From the NCBI GenBank assembly GCA_045541555.1, contig JAZQJH010000002.1:13616-77615 (forward strand): a stretch of 64,000 bases of DNA, given 5' to 3'. Positions 9,444-20,103 of this stretch are shown piece by piece. Position 1 is the stretch's first letter, and every line of letters starts with the position of its first letter. Origin of the DNA: Eubacteriales bacterium (GTDB lineage: Bacteria > Bacillota > Clostridia > Oscillospirales > QAKW01). Under the pieces are notes generated by a model, which searched no databases, was not told the DNA's origin, and saw only the letters and a program-made list of their open reading frames with translations. The position numbers were made by a program, and so were the translations under genes.

Positions 9444-11243
9444 ATGAAACTGACGGACTGGATGGATGTAAACGGGATTTGCGTGGGGGTTACGTTAAAG
9501 GATAAAGAGGGCGTCATTGATATTTTGGCTGCCTTACAGCAAAAATGCGGAAATACAGAGCGTAGCAGTAAGCAGCTTCTTCGGGAGATTTATTATCAGG
9601 AAGAACACGCCTCTTTTGCCATTGGCGCCGGCGTGGCGGTTTGCTATATAAAGAGCGATGCGGTGAAGCGACCGTTATTGACGGCGGTGACGGTGCCAGC
9701 AGGGATTGATCTGAACGCTCCGGATGGAGAAAAAAGTCGGTTGATCTTTTTGGCGGCGGTGCCCACGAACGAAACGCTGGATCCTACTCCTCGACTAACT
9801 GTTTTGCTGATGAATGAAAATCTGCGGGAGCAACTGATGGAGGCGGCGGATGAGAGTACTTTTGTGCAATTGATTTGTCTGGCAGAAGAGGGGGACTATC
9901 CTTCTCCGCCGGGTGTTGGGGCAGAGACGATGCTGTTGCTGGCGGTGGTGGATGAATCTTTTCCATCTGCGACAGAGGCTACTGCGCAATTGCAGTTGAC
10001 CGCCGGCCGACTGGGAATGCTGCTGAAAATTGAGCGGGAAGGTGCTGCCCTCTTTTCTGATGAAGACATTCATGATGCGAGCGCGATCCTTTTAATTGGT
10101 AAAAACCTTCATTCAGACCGTTTTGACGGAAAACCGGTTTTGGAGGTCAACGTTTCAGATGGTATTTATCGCCCGGAGCATCTATTGAGGCTGGCAATCA
10201 AAGCTCCGATCTACCATAAACGAATTGTTTTTGAAGGCAAGAAGAAAAGTGTCTCAGATTGGTATTACCGCTCCAATGCACCGCTCTTGCCGTTGCTTTT
10301 GTTTGCCGGGGGCGTTTTTTTATTGGTAGGGGAAGCCTTGGACTTTTTCTTGGACGTTCCATCGTTTACCAACGGAATCCGTTGGATCGGAGAGCGAACA
10401 CTCCTTTTGCTTTTGCCAAGGGTATGCGGAATGCTGGGATTTCGGTATGCTCGGTGGCCGGGCTTGGCTGTGGGACTCATTGGCGGTGCGGTCTTGGAAG
10501 CGGCTTGCGGCGGAGTATGGGCAGCGTTGATCGGAGGTGCGGTAACTGTTTTAATTGTCCGTTGTGCAGAGCGCGGGCTTAATTTGCTTCCTCGGCGGTT
10601 TCGGTGGTTTGAGTGGGGAATTCCGGTCATCGGCGTGGGAACGGTTGCTGGATTGGCTTTTCTTTTGAATAGTGTTGGGTTCTGGGTGCGAAAAGGATTC
10701 TTTTTGTTGTCTTCCAATATAAACCTTCAATTTAAAGGTATTCTTTATGGCATTAGCGTTGGTTTAGATCCGGGAGGTCCTTTGAATCGTGCGGTGCTTG
10801 AGACTGATCAGCCGGAACTTATGGCGGCAATCTCGGCCGGTGGGCTTGCTTTAAGCATCGGATTAACGGCTTTTTGTATTTTAAAACGCAGAAAAATGGA
10901 GTCTATTCATTTTGCTAACGGATGGACGGCTTTGCCGGCGGGTCTTTGCGGGGCAATTAAGAGTTATATCGTCTTTTTTGCCGGAAATCCTTTTCGGATC
11001 GCCCCCTGCGCCGCCCTCGGTTCCGGTGCTGCCGGTCTTTTAGCGGTTTCTTTAAAATGCCATACAAATTCTTTGGGTATTTTCGGTGCATTTTCCTGCA
11101 ATCGTCCGGGGGCATTTTTGCTGGCTGTTTCTTGCGGTGCGGTGCTTTGTTGCACCTTGCTTTGCGTGGTTTGTTCGGACGAAAATGTGCACATGATGCA
11201 AAAAAATGAAGAGAAAAAATTTGACTTCAAAAATAAAATTTAA
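9444..11243 (+). CDS. PTS EIIA(type 2)-EIIB(fructose-type)-like domains fused to a polytopic membrane domain; probably non-phosphorylatable
   Basis: The N-terminus resembles PTS_EIIA_2, but the G-[IV]-A-[IV]-P-H site reads GVAVCY. The IIB-like segment reads VVDESFPSATEATAQ where a Cys-containing loop is expected. The C-terminal ~300 aa are Gly/Ala/Leu-rich TM helices. Confidence 0.5.
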   Translation: MKLTDWMDVNGICVGVTLKDKEGVIDILAALQQKCGNTERSSKQLLREIYYQEEHASFAIGAGVAVCYIKSDAVKRPLLTAVTVPAGIDLNAPDGEKSRLIFLAAVPTNETLDPTPRLTVLLMNENLREQLMEAADESTFVQLICLAEEGDYPSPPGVGAETMLLLAVVDESFPSATEATAQLQLTAGRLGMLLKIEREGAALFSDEDIHDASAILLIGKNLHSDRFDGKPVLEVNVSDGIYRPEHLLRLAIKAPIYHKRIVFEGKKKSVSDWYYRSNAPLLPLLLFAGGVFLLVGEALDFFLDVPSFTNGIRWIGERTLLLLLPRVCGMLGFRYARWPGLAVGLIGGAVLEAACGGVWAALIGGAVTVLIVRCAERGLNLLPRRFRWFEWGIPVIGVGTVAGLAFLLNSVGFWVRKGFFLLSSNINLQFKGILYGISVGLDPGGPLNRAVLETDQPELMAAISAGGLALSIGLTAFCILKRRKMESIHFANGWTALPAGLCGAIKSYIVFFAGNPFRIAPCAALGSGAAGLLAVSLKCHTNSLGIFGAFSCNRPGAFLLAVSCGAVLCCTLLCVVCSDENVHMMQKNEEKKFDFKNKI

Positions 11244-11342
11244 CCGCAAGTTGCAAAAATGTGAATATTTTTTTGATTTTATGTTGCAATCTTTAACAAT
11301 TTGTGATATAATCCATTTAAAGTAAAGAATTCGAGGTGTTGT

Positions 11343-12188
11343 ATGCAGAAGTATTTGGAAAGAGAAGAGCGCTTTATCTTTGAAGAGGACTATTTTCCCG
11401 ATATCCGCTTAAGTCTTTGCTGCTGCCATCGTTATAATCCATCTGAGAAGTTCGGACCGATGACACCGGAACGATATATGATCAATATTGTGGAAGCCGG
11501 TCGAGGGACGCTGGATCACGGAAATCGTCGTTTTAATATCGCCGCCGGTCAGGCGTTCGTTCTTTTCCCCGGTAAGACGGTCAGCTGGAAAGCTGATAGC
11601 TTAGAACCCTGGAACTATATCGGTATTGAGCTTACCGGTCATAGTGTTGAGCGTTTTATCGAAAGCTTAGGACTTTCTTTCCAAAACCCTTTGATCGACT
11701 TTAGTTCGCCTCATAAGGCGATGGATGCCGCATATGACCTTTTTGTGGAGTGCGATAAAAAATATCAGAACCAATTTGCAATTTCCGGTTGTTTTTCAAG
11801 CTTACTGGAGTGCATAGAGGAAAGCTTAGTAGCTAAAAAGATCCCTGCCAAAAACTTCTACATGACCCGGGCAGTGGAGTACATAAAAGAAAATTATAAT
11901 AAAAATCTTAGCGTGGAAAACATTGCCAATATGCTTGGAATTGAGAGAAGCTATCTCTCCCGTCTTTTTAAGACCTATAAGAATAAGAGTACGCAGAATT
12001 ATATCATCGACTATCGCATTCAGCGTGCAAAGAAAATGTTTGAGGAAGAGGATCTGAACGTTTCTCAGGTTTGTACCGCAGTGGGGTATACCAATATCTA
12101 TTGCTTCTCCCGGATCTTTAAGAGCAGAGTAGGAATGAGTCCGAAGGAATATCGGGAGATGTGTAAGCACGAAAATGTTGCAGAATAA
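11343..12188 (+). CDS. AraC family transcriptional regulator (cupin sensor plus HTH_18)
   Basis: C-terminal dual HTH (LSVENIANMLGIERSYLSRLFK...VGYTNIYCFSRIFKSRVGMSPKEYR). Confidence 0.85.
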   Translation: MQKYLEREERFIFEEDYFPDIRLSLCCCHRYNPSEKFGPMTPERYMINIVEAGRGTLDHGNRRFNIAAGQAFVLFPGKTVSWKADSLEPWNYIGIELTGHSVERFIESLGLSFQNPLIDFSSPHKAMDAAYDLFVECDKKYQNQFAISGCFSSLLECIEESLVAKKIPAKNFYMTRAVEYIKENYNKNLSVENIANMLGIERSYLSRLFKTYKNKSTQNYIIDYRIQRAKKMFEEEDLNVSQVCTAVGYTNIYCFSRIFKSRVGMSPKEYREMCKHENVAE

Positions 12189-12206
12189 TAAAATCAAAGA
12201 ATGACA

Positions 12207-12233
12207 AAGAAACCGCCCGAGGGCGGTTTCTTT
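12207..12233 (+). terminator. Intrinsic terminator after the AraC-family gene
   Basis: aaagaaaccgccc-ga-gggcggtttcttt. Confidence 0.7.
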
Positions 12234-12318
12234 ATGGCTCAAAATTATCGAAAAACAATAAAAAGTTGTTGACAAACGAAAAAACAGGTGTTATGATACA
12301 ACCAAGGAGGCGATAAAA

Positions 12319-12792
12319 ATGCTTAAGATTTCCAGAAACCATTCGGTTACTCTTTCGCTGGTTTTGACGGTTTTGTTTATGGCGAGCTTGCTGGCAGGCG
12401 CGATCATTCTGCCGTGGCTGGTTCGGACGCTGATCGATCTTCCCGATAACGTGGGAATGCGCGACTCCATCACGTTGGCCGGGCGCGGATTCGTTTTGGC
12501 GGTGGCTTATGCTATTTTGGCAGTGTGCGCCGCGGCAGACGGAATGTTATTTTTCTTGTTACTTCGGGTGCGCCGCGGTCTGGTCTTTACATTGGAAAGC
12601 GTGGCGCTGATCCGCGGTGTTTCCTGGTGCGGAATATTTATGGGCGTATTATTCGCTTTGCTCGGCGGATATTTTCAATTAGCGTTTATCGTGGCTTTCG
12701 CCGGCATCTTTTTGGGGCTTTGCGTACGCGTGGTCAAAAACGTGATCGAGGAAGCGACCGAGATCAAGGCGGAAAACGACCTGACGGTCTGA
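12319..12792 (+). CDS. DUF2975-like small polytopic membrane protein
   Basis: 157 aa with four predicted TM helices. It sits immediately upstream of a YozG-type HTH gene, which is the usual pairing for this family. Confidence 0.6.
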   Translation: MLKISRNHSVTLSLVLTVLFMASLLAGAIILPWLVRTLIDLPDNVGMRDSITLAGRGFVLAVAYAILAVCAAADGMLFFLLLRVRRGLVFTLESVALIRGVSWCGIFMGVLFALLGGYFQLAFIVAFAGIFLGLCVRVVKNVIEEATEIKAENDLTV

Positions 12793-12801
12793 GGTGGCAC
12801 G

Positions 12802-13011
12802 ATGATCAGAATTAACTTAGACGTTATGATGGCGCGGCGTAAAATGTCGTTAAACGAGCTTTCTGCCCGGGTGGGGATCACCTTGGCCAATCTTTCGATC
12901 TTGAAGAATAATAAAGCGAAAGCCATCCGTTTTTCGACGTTGGATGCCATCTGCCGTGCCTTAGACTGTAAAATTGAAGATATTCTGGAGTTTGTCGAGG
13001 AGGATGCGTGA
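12802..13011 (+). CDS. XRE/Cro-C1 family HTH transcriptional regulator (YozG-like)
   Basis: MIRINLDVMMARRKMSLNELSARVGITLANLSILKNNKAKAIRFSTLDAICRALDCKIEDILEF. Confidence 0.8.
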   Translation: MIRINLDVMMARRKMSLNELSARVGITLANLSILKNNKAKAIRFSTLDAICRALDCKIEDILEFVEEDA

Positions 13012-14591
13012 TGGATAACTATCGTTATGACCCTCAAACCGGCGAGCCGCTCTATCAGCCGCCGGTAAAAGAGATCTATTCGACTATGGAAGTACTTTTA
13101 GCGTGGTTTTCCTTGCTGGTCGGCTATGTCTTTTGCCGCGTTTTTCCGGTTATCAACCATCCTTTTGGCGGTTTACTTTTGATTTTGGCTCTTTACGTTG
13201 GTGCGGTGGTGCTATGGAAATGGAAGGGCGTGAAATTCCCCTTGATGCCGGGAATACTGGGCGGTTCCGCGCTGTTGCTGACACCGGCGTTATTCCTTTC
13301 TGCCAATTCGACGATTCATTTCTTCGTGTATCTCTATGCGCTGGCCACTTGGTTTTATTTGATCTATGGAATTTGCGGAAATCTACTGGAGACCGGATTT
13401 TCCGATTTATTGCCGTTTGATTTCTTAAAAGCACTTTTGATCTATCCGCTTACTTCGCTTGGAAAAATGGTGCCTGCGTTGTTCTCCGGCAAGGGACGGG
13501 GTAGAAGCTTGTTTCTGAAGATTTTGCTGGGTTTGACGATCGCGGTAGTTCCCACGGTCATTGCTCTTGCACTTCTATCTTACGATCAAGCCTTCACAAC
13601 CCTTTTTCGGCGCATTTTTTCATTTGATTGGGGAAGCTTCTTTTTACATATAGGAAGCGCGATTTTGGGAATTCCGGTCGGAATGTATTTTTACGGATCG
13701 TTTTTCTCGGCGCATCGGCAAAAGGGCGGCGAAAAAATGTCGGCTGAGCGGTGCAGATCTATTTCTGCTTCGGTTAAAAAGCTGCCCGGTATGACGGCGA
13801 TTGCGGCGTCTGTTCCTATTTTGAGCGTCTATGGCCTTTTCTTCGTTTCGCAATGGGATTACTATACCTCGGCATTTACCGGCGTTTTACCAGTAGGATT
13901 CAGTTTTGCCGAGTATGCGCGGAGTGGCTTCTTTCAGCTTTGCGCCGTATCGATTCTCAACTTCGTTATGATCGTGATGATCGGTGTATTTGTGCGCCGA
14001 AAAGGGGAGATGGCAACAGTCACAACGCGCGTACTTTCACTGATTTTTTCGGGTGCCACGCTGGTTTTGATTACGACCGCCTTTTCTAAATTGTATTTAT
14101 ATGTAAAGCAATTCGGCTTGACGCCGAAACGAGTCTACGCCGGGTGGTTTATGGTGATTTTAACGGTTGTTTTCCTGCTGGAGATCGTTAAGCAGGTGGT
14201 AAAACGCTTTAAATTGTTACCGGTCGCTACCCTGGTATGTGTTGGATTGTTTGCGGTTTTGGCTCTTTCCGGAAGCGATACGCTGATTGCAAATTATAAC
14301 GTGGATCGTTATTTGGACGGCTCCTTGGAAACGGTGGATATTGATGCCATGCGCGATCTGGGGGAGGCGGCGGTGCCGGCTATGGTGCGTCTTGGAGAAG
14401 AGTTGGCTTCCAAAAACGGATACAAGCTTTCGAGATTTGAATATGAGGGTGCCGAGGAGATCTACGTGCGCGTTGTGGACTATTTATATGGCATGGCAGA
14501 GCGAGATCGGGATGGGATCTTTGATCTCACCCTTCCTAAAGTGCTGGCTAAAAAAGCGCTATCTAAAGCCGGAATTCGAAACTTGAAGTGA
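13008..14591 (+). CDS. Large polytopic membrane protein, family not recognised with certainty
   Basis: 527 aa with more than 10 hydrophobic helices and a soluble C-terminal tail. The start overlaps the HTH gene stop by 4 nt (ATGA). Confidence 0.5.
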   Translation: MMDNYRYDPQTGEPLYQPPVKEIYSTMEVLLAWFSLLVGYVFCRVFPVINHPFGGLLLILALYVGAVVLWKWKGVKFPLMPGILGGSALLLTPALFLSANSTIHFFVYLYALATWFYLIYGICGNLLETGFSDLLPFDFLKALLIYPLTSLGKMVPALFSGKGRGRSLFLKILLGLTIAVVPTVIALALLSYDQAFTTLFRRIFSFDWGSFFLHIGSAILGIPVGMYFYGSFFSAHRQKGGEKMSAERCRSISASVKKLPGMTAIAASVPILSVYGLFFVSQWDYYTSAFTGVLPVGFSFAEYARSGFFQLCAVSILNFVMIVMIGVFVRRKGEMATVTTRVLSLIFSGATLVLITTAFSKLYLYVKQFGLTPKRVYAGWFMVILTVVFLLEIVKQVVKRFKLLPVATLVCVGLFAVLALSGSDTLIANYNVDRYLDGSLETVDIDAMRDLGEAAVPAMVRLGEELASKNGYKLSRFEYEGAEEIYVRVVDYLYGMAERDRDGIFDLTLPKVLAKKALSKAGIRNLK

Positions 14592-14661
14592 GAGCGTTAA
14601 AGAGGTGCGCTATGTTTGGAAGCTGTAACCACTAAATTTCACGGTTTTGATTAAACAAAAT

Positions 14662-14690
14662 AAAAAAGACCCCCCTCGGGGGTCTTTTTT
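14662..14690. terminator. Bidirectional hairpin terminator
   Basis: aaaaaagaccccc-ctc-gggggtctttttt. Confidence 0.75.
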
Positions 14691-15342
14691 ATTTGCAATA
14701 TTTTTCTCTTAGTTCTGAGAGGATCTTTTTTTCAAGGCGTGATACTGCTACCTGCGTCATGCCCAATTCCTGGGCGGTGGCGGCTTGAGTCTGCTCCATG
14801 AAAAAGCGCAGGACGATCAGCCGTCGTTCGCGGGGCGGAAGTGCGCCCAGGATCTCTCGAGTCAGTACCCGATCCAAAGCGTTTTCCTCCGGGGAGCCGA
14901 TACTGGGCGTGATACCGCCTTCTTCCGGAGGTAGATCCAAAGATACCAAGGGCTGGGTCGCCTCAGTTGCCGTTAGGATCGCTTCGATGTCCATTCCGGT
15001 TTCGGCGGCAAGCTCCGATAATTTGGGCTCTCTTCCTAAGCGTTGCGCCAGCACGCGCGCCGCCCGATCGATCTTTAATTTATCTTCTTTATATTTTCTG
15101 GAAACTTTGATACTGCTGTTATCGCGGAGATAGGTCTTGATCTCTCCTATGATTTTTGCGACCGCGTAGGTGGAAAACTTGACCTGCTTACTCTCGTCAA
15201 AATCCCTGGCTGCTTTGATCAGTCCGATAGAGCCGATCTGCAATAGATCCTCGTCTTCAACCCCAAATCCCCGATATCGCTTTGCCGCCATGCGCACAAG
15301 GCCAAGGTTTTCCTCTACCAGGCGGTCTTCTAAAAGCGGCAT
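14689..15342 (-). CDS. sigF: Sporulation sigma factor SigF
   Basis: Sigma-70 regions 2-4 (DLLQIGSIGLIKAARDFD, STYAVAKIIGEIKTYLRD). It is the third gene after spoIIAA-spoIIAB. Confidence 0.85.
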   Translation of the reverse strand: MPLLEDRLVEENLGLVRMAAKRYRGFGVEDEDLLQIGSIGLIKAARDFDESKQVKFSTYAVAKIIGEIKTYLRDNSSIKVSRKYKEDKLKIDRAARVLAQRLGREPKLSELAAETGMDIEAILTATEATQPLVSLDLPPEEGGITPSIGSPEENALDRVLTREILGALPPRERRLIVLRFFMEQTQAATAQELGMTQVAVSRLEKKILSELREKYCK

Positions 15343-15776
15343 TAAACCTTTGGCTTTATGTATTTGGTCAGGGTGACGGTGGTTCCAATCCCCGGTTTGG
15401 ACGTCACTTTGATCTTGTCCATAAAGGTTTCCATGATGGTAAAGCCCATGCCGCTCCGCTCTGCTTCGTCACCGGTGGTGAAAAGCGGCTCCATGGCTTG
15501 CGGAACGTCCGGAATTCCTTTCCCTTTATCTTTAATGGAAAGAACTAATTTGCCGTTATCATAAAGCCGGCCTTGGATGGTGATCATTCCTAAGGCGTCT
15601 CCATAGCCGTGGACGATGCAGTTGGTCACCGCTTCGCTGACGGCGGTTTTAATTTCGCTGATCTCTTCCACAGTCGGATCCATCTGGGATGCAAATGCTG
15701 CTACTGCGATCCGGGCAAACCCTTCGTTGGCAGACCGGGATATAAACGATAAACGGATATGATTATTTGCTTTCAT
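15342..15776 (-). CDS. spoIIAB: Anti-sigma F factor (serine protein kinase) SpoIIAB
   Basis: 144 aa, HATPase_c-like (EAVTNCIVHGY...GMGFTIMETFMD). Confidence 0.85.
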   Translation of the reverse strand: MKANNHIRLSFISRSANEGFARIAVAAFASQMDPTVEEISEIKTAVSEAVTNCIVHGYGDALGMITIQGRLYDNGKLVLSIKDKGKGIPDVPQAMEPLFTTGDEAERSGMGFTIMETFMDKIKVTSKPGIGTTVTLTKYIKPKV

Positions 15777-16090
15777 TCTTCCTCCTCCTTTACGGTAACA
15801 TAATTGGATATTCTTGCCATATCGAAGACCTTTTTAGGACCTCCGGCGAGATGGCGAAGCTCCACGCTTCCATCCATGCTCTGCATCAGCTTGCGCCGTC
15901 CCATGACGATGGCAAGTCCGGAACTGTCCATAAAGCTTACGCCGCCAAAGTCCAAAATCAACAATGCCGGCCGCAAACGTTTGATCTTGAAATCAATATT
16001 ATCGGAGATCCCCCGGGCGCAGTGGTGGTCGATTTCGCCCTGCAGGCGAACCTCCAGTTGGTCGAAGTTTTCGTGAAATGAAACGTGCAT
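15773..16090 (-). CDS. spoIIAA: Anti-sigma F factor antagonist SpoIIAA (STAS domain)
   Basis: 105 aa with the STAS motif FMDSSGLAIVMG. It overlaps spoIIAB by 4 nt. Confidence 0.85.
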   Translation of the reverse strand: MHVSFHENFDQLEVRLQGEIDHHCARGISDNIDFKIKRLRPALLILDFGGVSFMDSSGLAIVMGRRKLMQSMDGSVELRHLAGGPKKVFDMARISNYVTVKEEEE

Positions 16091-16100
16091 AATTACCTCC

Positions 16101-16140
16101 TAAAAAAATAACACCCTTTCGATATTATATCGAAAGGGTG
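16101..16140 (-). terminator. Intrinsic terminator after folC
   Basis: caccctttcgat-atta-tatcgaaagggtg, with a T-run on the minus strand. Confidence 0.7.
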
Positions 16141-16165
16141 CAATCTTTTTTGTCGTATATTGCCG

Positions 16166-17425
16166 TTAAAATAATTTTTTTAGTTCATTTGCCATGTCGC
16201 CGGTCAAATAGAGCGAACCGCAGACCAAAATGGCGTTTTCACACTTATCTTTTGCCAATTGTGCGGCTTCCTGATAACTATTGCAGGCGGTGCAATCATC
16301 GCAAAAGAGATCGGCCATATTTTTGAGATCGTAGGCGGTCATGGCGCGGGGGACAGGCGGCTGAACCGCCAAAAAAGCTTTTGCACGCATGGCCAACTGC
16401 CGGACGGCATACTGATAGGGTTTATCGCGCATCATGCCAAAGATCACGACGGGGTCTTTGAGCTCTTTCATGATGTCCATTGCTTTGAGCAAGGCGTCTA
16501 TGCCTTCGCGGTTGTGTCCGCCATCGATGAAAATACAGGGATCCTGGTGGATACAATCCAGCCGGGAGGGGATATAGGCCTTTTTGAGCCCAGCCTTCAA
16601 TTGCTCCTCCGTATAGTCGATCTTGCCGGAATTCTTCAGCAACTCCAGCGTTTCCAGGACGGTAACGGCATTACACGCCTGGTGGGGCCCTCGCAGAGAA
16701 ATGAAATATTCTTTGTCTTTATAGATGAACCGGTTGCCCGACGCATTGGAGGAGAGGAGCCGGGGATGAGAACCGACGGTCAGCGGTGCATCCAGTTCCT
16801 GGGATCGACGGATGATGACCTCCATAGCTTCTTTCGGGTTGGCGTGATACAGCACGACCGGACAGTGTGGCTTGATAATTCCTGCCTTTTCGGCGGCGAT
16901 CTTTTCCAGCGTATCTCCCAGAATTTCAGTGTGATCCAGAGAGATGGAGCAGATAATGGATGCTAAAGGCTCCTCAATGACGTTGGTGGCGTCGAAACGG
17001 CCGCCCATTCCAACCTCCAGAACAGTGATATCGCAGTTTTGCTCTTTGAAAAAGAGAAGGCCGATTGCCGTGACGATCTCAAACTCCGTCAGTTCCAGTC
17101 CCTCAGCGGCTTTTTGCACCTGCTCGGTCAATCGGGTCAGAGTTTTCTCCGAAATCATTTCACCGTCCACAACAAAGCGTTCGCGGAAATCGTAAATGAA
17201 AGGGGAGGTGTAAAGCCCGGTTTTATAGCCGGCTTCCCGAAGGACAGACGCCAGCATGGTGGCGGTGCTTCCTTTTCCATTGGTTCCGGCAATATGGAGA
17301 CTGGGCAACCCTTTTTGAGGGTTGCCCAGTCGCTCCAGCAAAGCCGTGATCCGTTGCAGACCGGGTTTGGCTACGTGGGCTTTCCGATCATGAATATAAT
17401 GCATGGCTTGGCTATAGTTCATCAT
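16166..17425 (-). CDS. folC: Bifunctional folylpolyglutamate synthase / dihydrofolate synthase
   Basis: Mur-ligase P-loop [11 protein letters not shown] and overall FolC-like sequence. Confidence 0.85.
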   Translation of the reverse strand: MMNYSQAMHYIHDRKAHVAKPGLQRITALLERLGNPQKGLPSLHIAGTNGKGSTATMLASVLREAGYKTGLYTSPFIYDFRERFVVDGEMISEKTLTRLTEQVQKAAEGLELTEFEIVTAIGLLFFKEQNCDITVLEVGMGGRFDATNVIEEPLASIICSISLDHTEILGDTLEKIAAEKAGIIKPHCPVVLYHANPKEAMEVIIRRSQELDAPLTVGSHPRLLSSNASGNRFIYKDKEYFISLRGPHQACNAVTVLETLELLKNSGKIDYTEEQLKAGLKKAYIPSRLDCIHQDPCIFIDGGHNREGIDALLKAMDIMKELKDPVVIFGMMRDKPYQYAVRQLAMRAKAFLAVQPPVPRAMTAYDLKNMADLFCDDCTACNSYQEAAQLAKDKCENAILVCGSLYLTGDMANELKKLF

Positions 17426-20040
17426 CTGTTTTTCATTTCCTCAATGCTCTTGGTGAGATCCTCGATGAGCGCGAGGAATTTCTCCTTTTTGGCATTCTCT
17501 GCCTCTACCAATGCGGCAGGGGCTTTTGCGATAAAGCCTTGGTTGCTCAGCTTGCCTTCAACGCGCGCCAGCTCACCCTTGGCTTTTTCCAGTTCTTTGG
17601 TCAAGCGGGCGATCTCACCCTCAATATCGACCAATTCGGCGAAGGGGATATAGAGGCTTACACCGTTGCAGACCAATTTAACGGTTCCTTCGGGAGCGGG
17701 CTGGTTGATCAGCACCTGATCAGCACCTGCCAGTTTCTGATAGAAGCTTTCGGCACCCTCGAACCACTCTGCATGGGCGGTTTCGATATAGAGAGAAGCC
17801 TTTCTGGAGTGGGGAACGTTCATCTCTGCGCGGCGGTTGCGGATGGCCTTGATGGTCTCCATAATGTGCTCCATCTTATCAGCGCCCTCGCGGAAGCAAA
17901 GCTTGCTGTCGTAGACCGGGAAACGGGCAGCGACGATGGCCTCTTCCTCCACCGGGAGTGCCTGCCAGATTTCTTCCGTAATAAAGGGCATAAAGGGATG
18001 AAGCATCTTCAACGCGCCGGAGAAGACGTAGAGCAGAACTCTCTGCGCCGATGCGCTTTCCTCGCCGCCGGCATAAAGACGGGGCTTGACCAGCTCGATA
18101 TACCAGTCGCAGAAGAGATCCCAGATAAAGTCATAGACCTTCTGCAGAGCAAGACCGATCTCGAATTTATCCAGATTGTCGGTGACGTCGCGTACGACCT
18201 CGTTGTACCGGGTCAGGATCCATTCATCCTCGGGCTTGAGGTTCTCCGCCTTGAAGCTGAGATCCTCTTCCTTGAGGTTCATCAGAATGAAGCGAGCGGC
18301 ATTCCAGACTTTATTGGCAAAGTTGCGAGAGGATTCCACACGCTCCGGATAGTAGCGCATATCATTACCGGGTGCATTACCGGTAGCCAAAGTAAAGCGC
18401 AGTGCGTCAGCACCGAATTCCTTGATGACTTCCAGGGGATCGATGCCGTTGCCGAGGGATTTACTCATCTTACGACCCTGGCTATCGCGAACCAGGCCGT
18501 GGATCAATACGTGCTTAAAGGGAACCTCGCCCATCTGCTCCAGGCCGGAGAAGATCATTCTCGCTACCCAGAAGAAGATAATATCATAACCGGTCACCAG
18601 CACGCTGGTGGGGTAATAGTAATCCAGCTCGGGAGTCTTTTCGGGCCAGCCCAAAGTGGAGAAGGGCCAGAGGGCAGAGGAGAACCAGGTATCCAGGACG
18701 TCCTCTTCCTGGCGCATGGGCGCGCCGCACTTGGGACAGGTATGAACGTCTTCCTTAGAGACGACCATCTCACCGCAGGCGTCGCAGTAATAAGCCGGGA
18801 TACGGTGACCCCACCAAAGCTGACGGGAGATACACCAATCATGGACGTTCTCCATCCAATGGAGATAGGTCTTACTGAAACGGTCGGGGACAAACTGGGT
18901 CTCACCGGCCTTGACTTCTTTGATGGACTTATCTGCCAAAGGCTGCATCTTGACAAACCATTGGCTGGAGGCCATCGGTTCTACGGTACAGCCGCAGCGG
19001 TAGCAAGTACCTACGTTATGGGTGTGATCCTCGATCTTCACAAGGAAGCCGCCCTCTTCCAGATCCTTGACGATCTGTTTCCGGGCTTCGTAACGATCCA
19101 TCCCCTCGTATTTGCCGCCGTTGGCATTAATCTTGGCGTTGCCGTCCAACACCAGGATCTCTTCCAGGTTATGGCGCTTGCCTACCTCGAAGTCGTTGGG
19201 GTCGTGGCAGGGGGTGATCTTCACGCAACCGGTACCGAACTCTTTGTCTACGTACTCATCGGCAACCACGGGGATTTCGCGGCCTACCAAGGGGAGGATC
19301 AGCATTTTGCCTACCAGATGGGTATAACGCTCGTCCTCGGGATGAACAGCCACTGCGGAGTCGCCCAGGAGGGTCTCCGGACGGGTGGTGGCGATGGTGA
19401 CGTACTCGTCGCTATCCTTGACGGGATAGCGGATATGCCAGAAATGACCGGGCTGTTCTTCGTACTCAACCTCTGCATCGGAGAGGGCGGTGGTACAGTT
19501 GGGGCACCAGTTGATGATGCGGTTGCCCTTATAGATCAAGCCTTTTTCATAAAGGTTGACGAAAACTTCTTTTACTGCCTTGGAGCAGCCTTCGTCCATG
19601 GTGAACCGCTCCCGATCCCAGTCGCAGGAGGACCCCAGCTTTTTCAGCTGATTAATAATGCGGTCGCCATACATTTTTTTCCAATCCCATACGCCCTCCA
19701 GGAACTTCTCACGACCCAGGTCGTAGCGGGTCAGACCCTCCTCTTTACGGAGAACCTCCTCAACCTTGATCTGGGTAGCGATGCCGGCGTGGTCAGTACC
19801 GGGGATCCAAAGGGCGTTGAAGCCCTGCATCCGCTTATAACGGATCAGAATGTCCTGCAAGGTCTCGTCCAGGGCGTGACCCATATGCAGCTGACCGGTT
19901 ACGTTCGGGGGCGGAATGACAATGGTGAAGGGCTGCTTATTTTCGTCCGGCTCGGAGTGGAAATAACGGCCTTTCAACCAGAAATCGTATATCCGATCCT
20001 CGAATTCCTGAGGATTATATACCTTTTCCAATTCCTTCAT
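17422..20040 (-). CDS. valS: Valine--tRNA ligase
   Basis: 872 aa with class I HIGH (HMGHAL) and KMSKS motifs and a C-terminal coiled coil. Confidence 0.95.
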   Translation of the reverse strand: MKELEKVYNPQEFEDRIYDFWLKGRYFHSEPDENKQPFTIVIPPPNVTGQLHMGHALDETLQDILIRYKRMQGFNALWIPGTDHAGIATQIKVEEVLRKEEGLTRYDLGREKFLEGVWDWKKMYGDRIINQLKKLGSSCDWDRERFTMDEGCSKAVKEVFVNLYEKGLIYKGNRIINWCPNCTTALSDAEVEYEEQPGHFWHIRYPVKDSDEYVTIATTRPETLLGDSAVAVHPEDERYTHLVGKMLILPLVGREIPVVADEYVDKEFGTGCVKITPCHDPNDFEVGKRHNLEEILVLDGNAKINANGGKYEGMDRYEARKQIVKDLEEGGFLVKIEDHTHNVGTCYRCGCTVEPMASSQWFVKMQPLADKSIKEVKAGETQFVPDRFSKTYLHWMENVHDWCISRQLWWGHRIPAYYCDACGEMVVSKEDVHTCPKCGAPMRQEEDVLDTWFSSALWPFSTLGWPEKTPELDYYYPTSVLVTGYDIIFFWVARMIFSGLEQMGEVPFKHVLIHGLVRDSQGRKMSKSLGNGIDPLEVIKEFGADALRFTLATGNAPGNDMRYYPERVESSRNFANKVWNAARFILMNLKEEDLSFKAENLKPEDEWILTRYNEVVRDVTDNLDKFEIGLALQKVYDFIWDLFCDWYIELVKPRLYAGGEESASAQRVLLYVFSGALKMLHPFMPFITEEIWQALPVEEEAIVAARFPVYDSKLCFREGADKMEHIMETIKAIRNRRAEMNVPHSRKASLYIETAHAEWFEGAESFYQKLAGADQVLINQPAPEGTVKLVCNGVSLYIPFAELVDIEGEIARLTKELEKAKGELARVEGKLSNQGFIAKAPAALVEAENAKKEKFLALIEDLTKSIEEMKNR

Positions 20041-20103
20041 GATCTATTTCTCCTTTATGGTATTTTACACATTCTTACATTATATTATAGGGAAAGACCT
20101 TTG

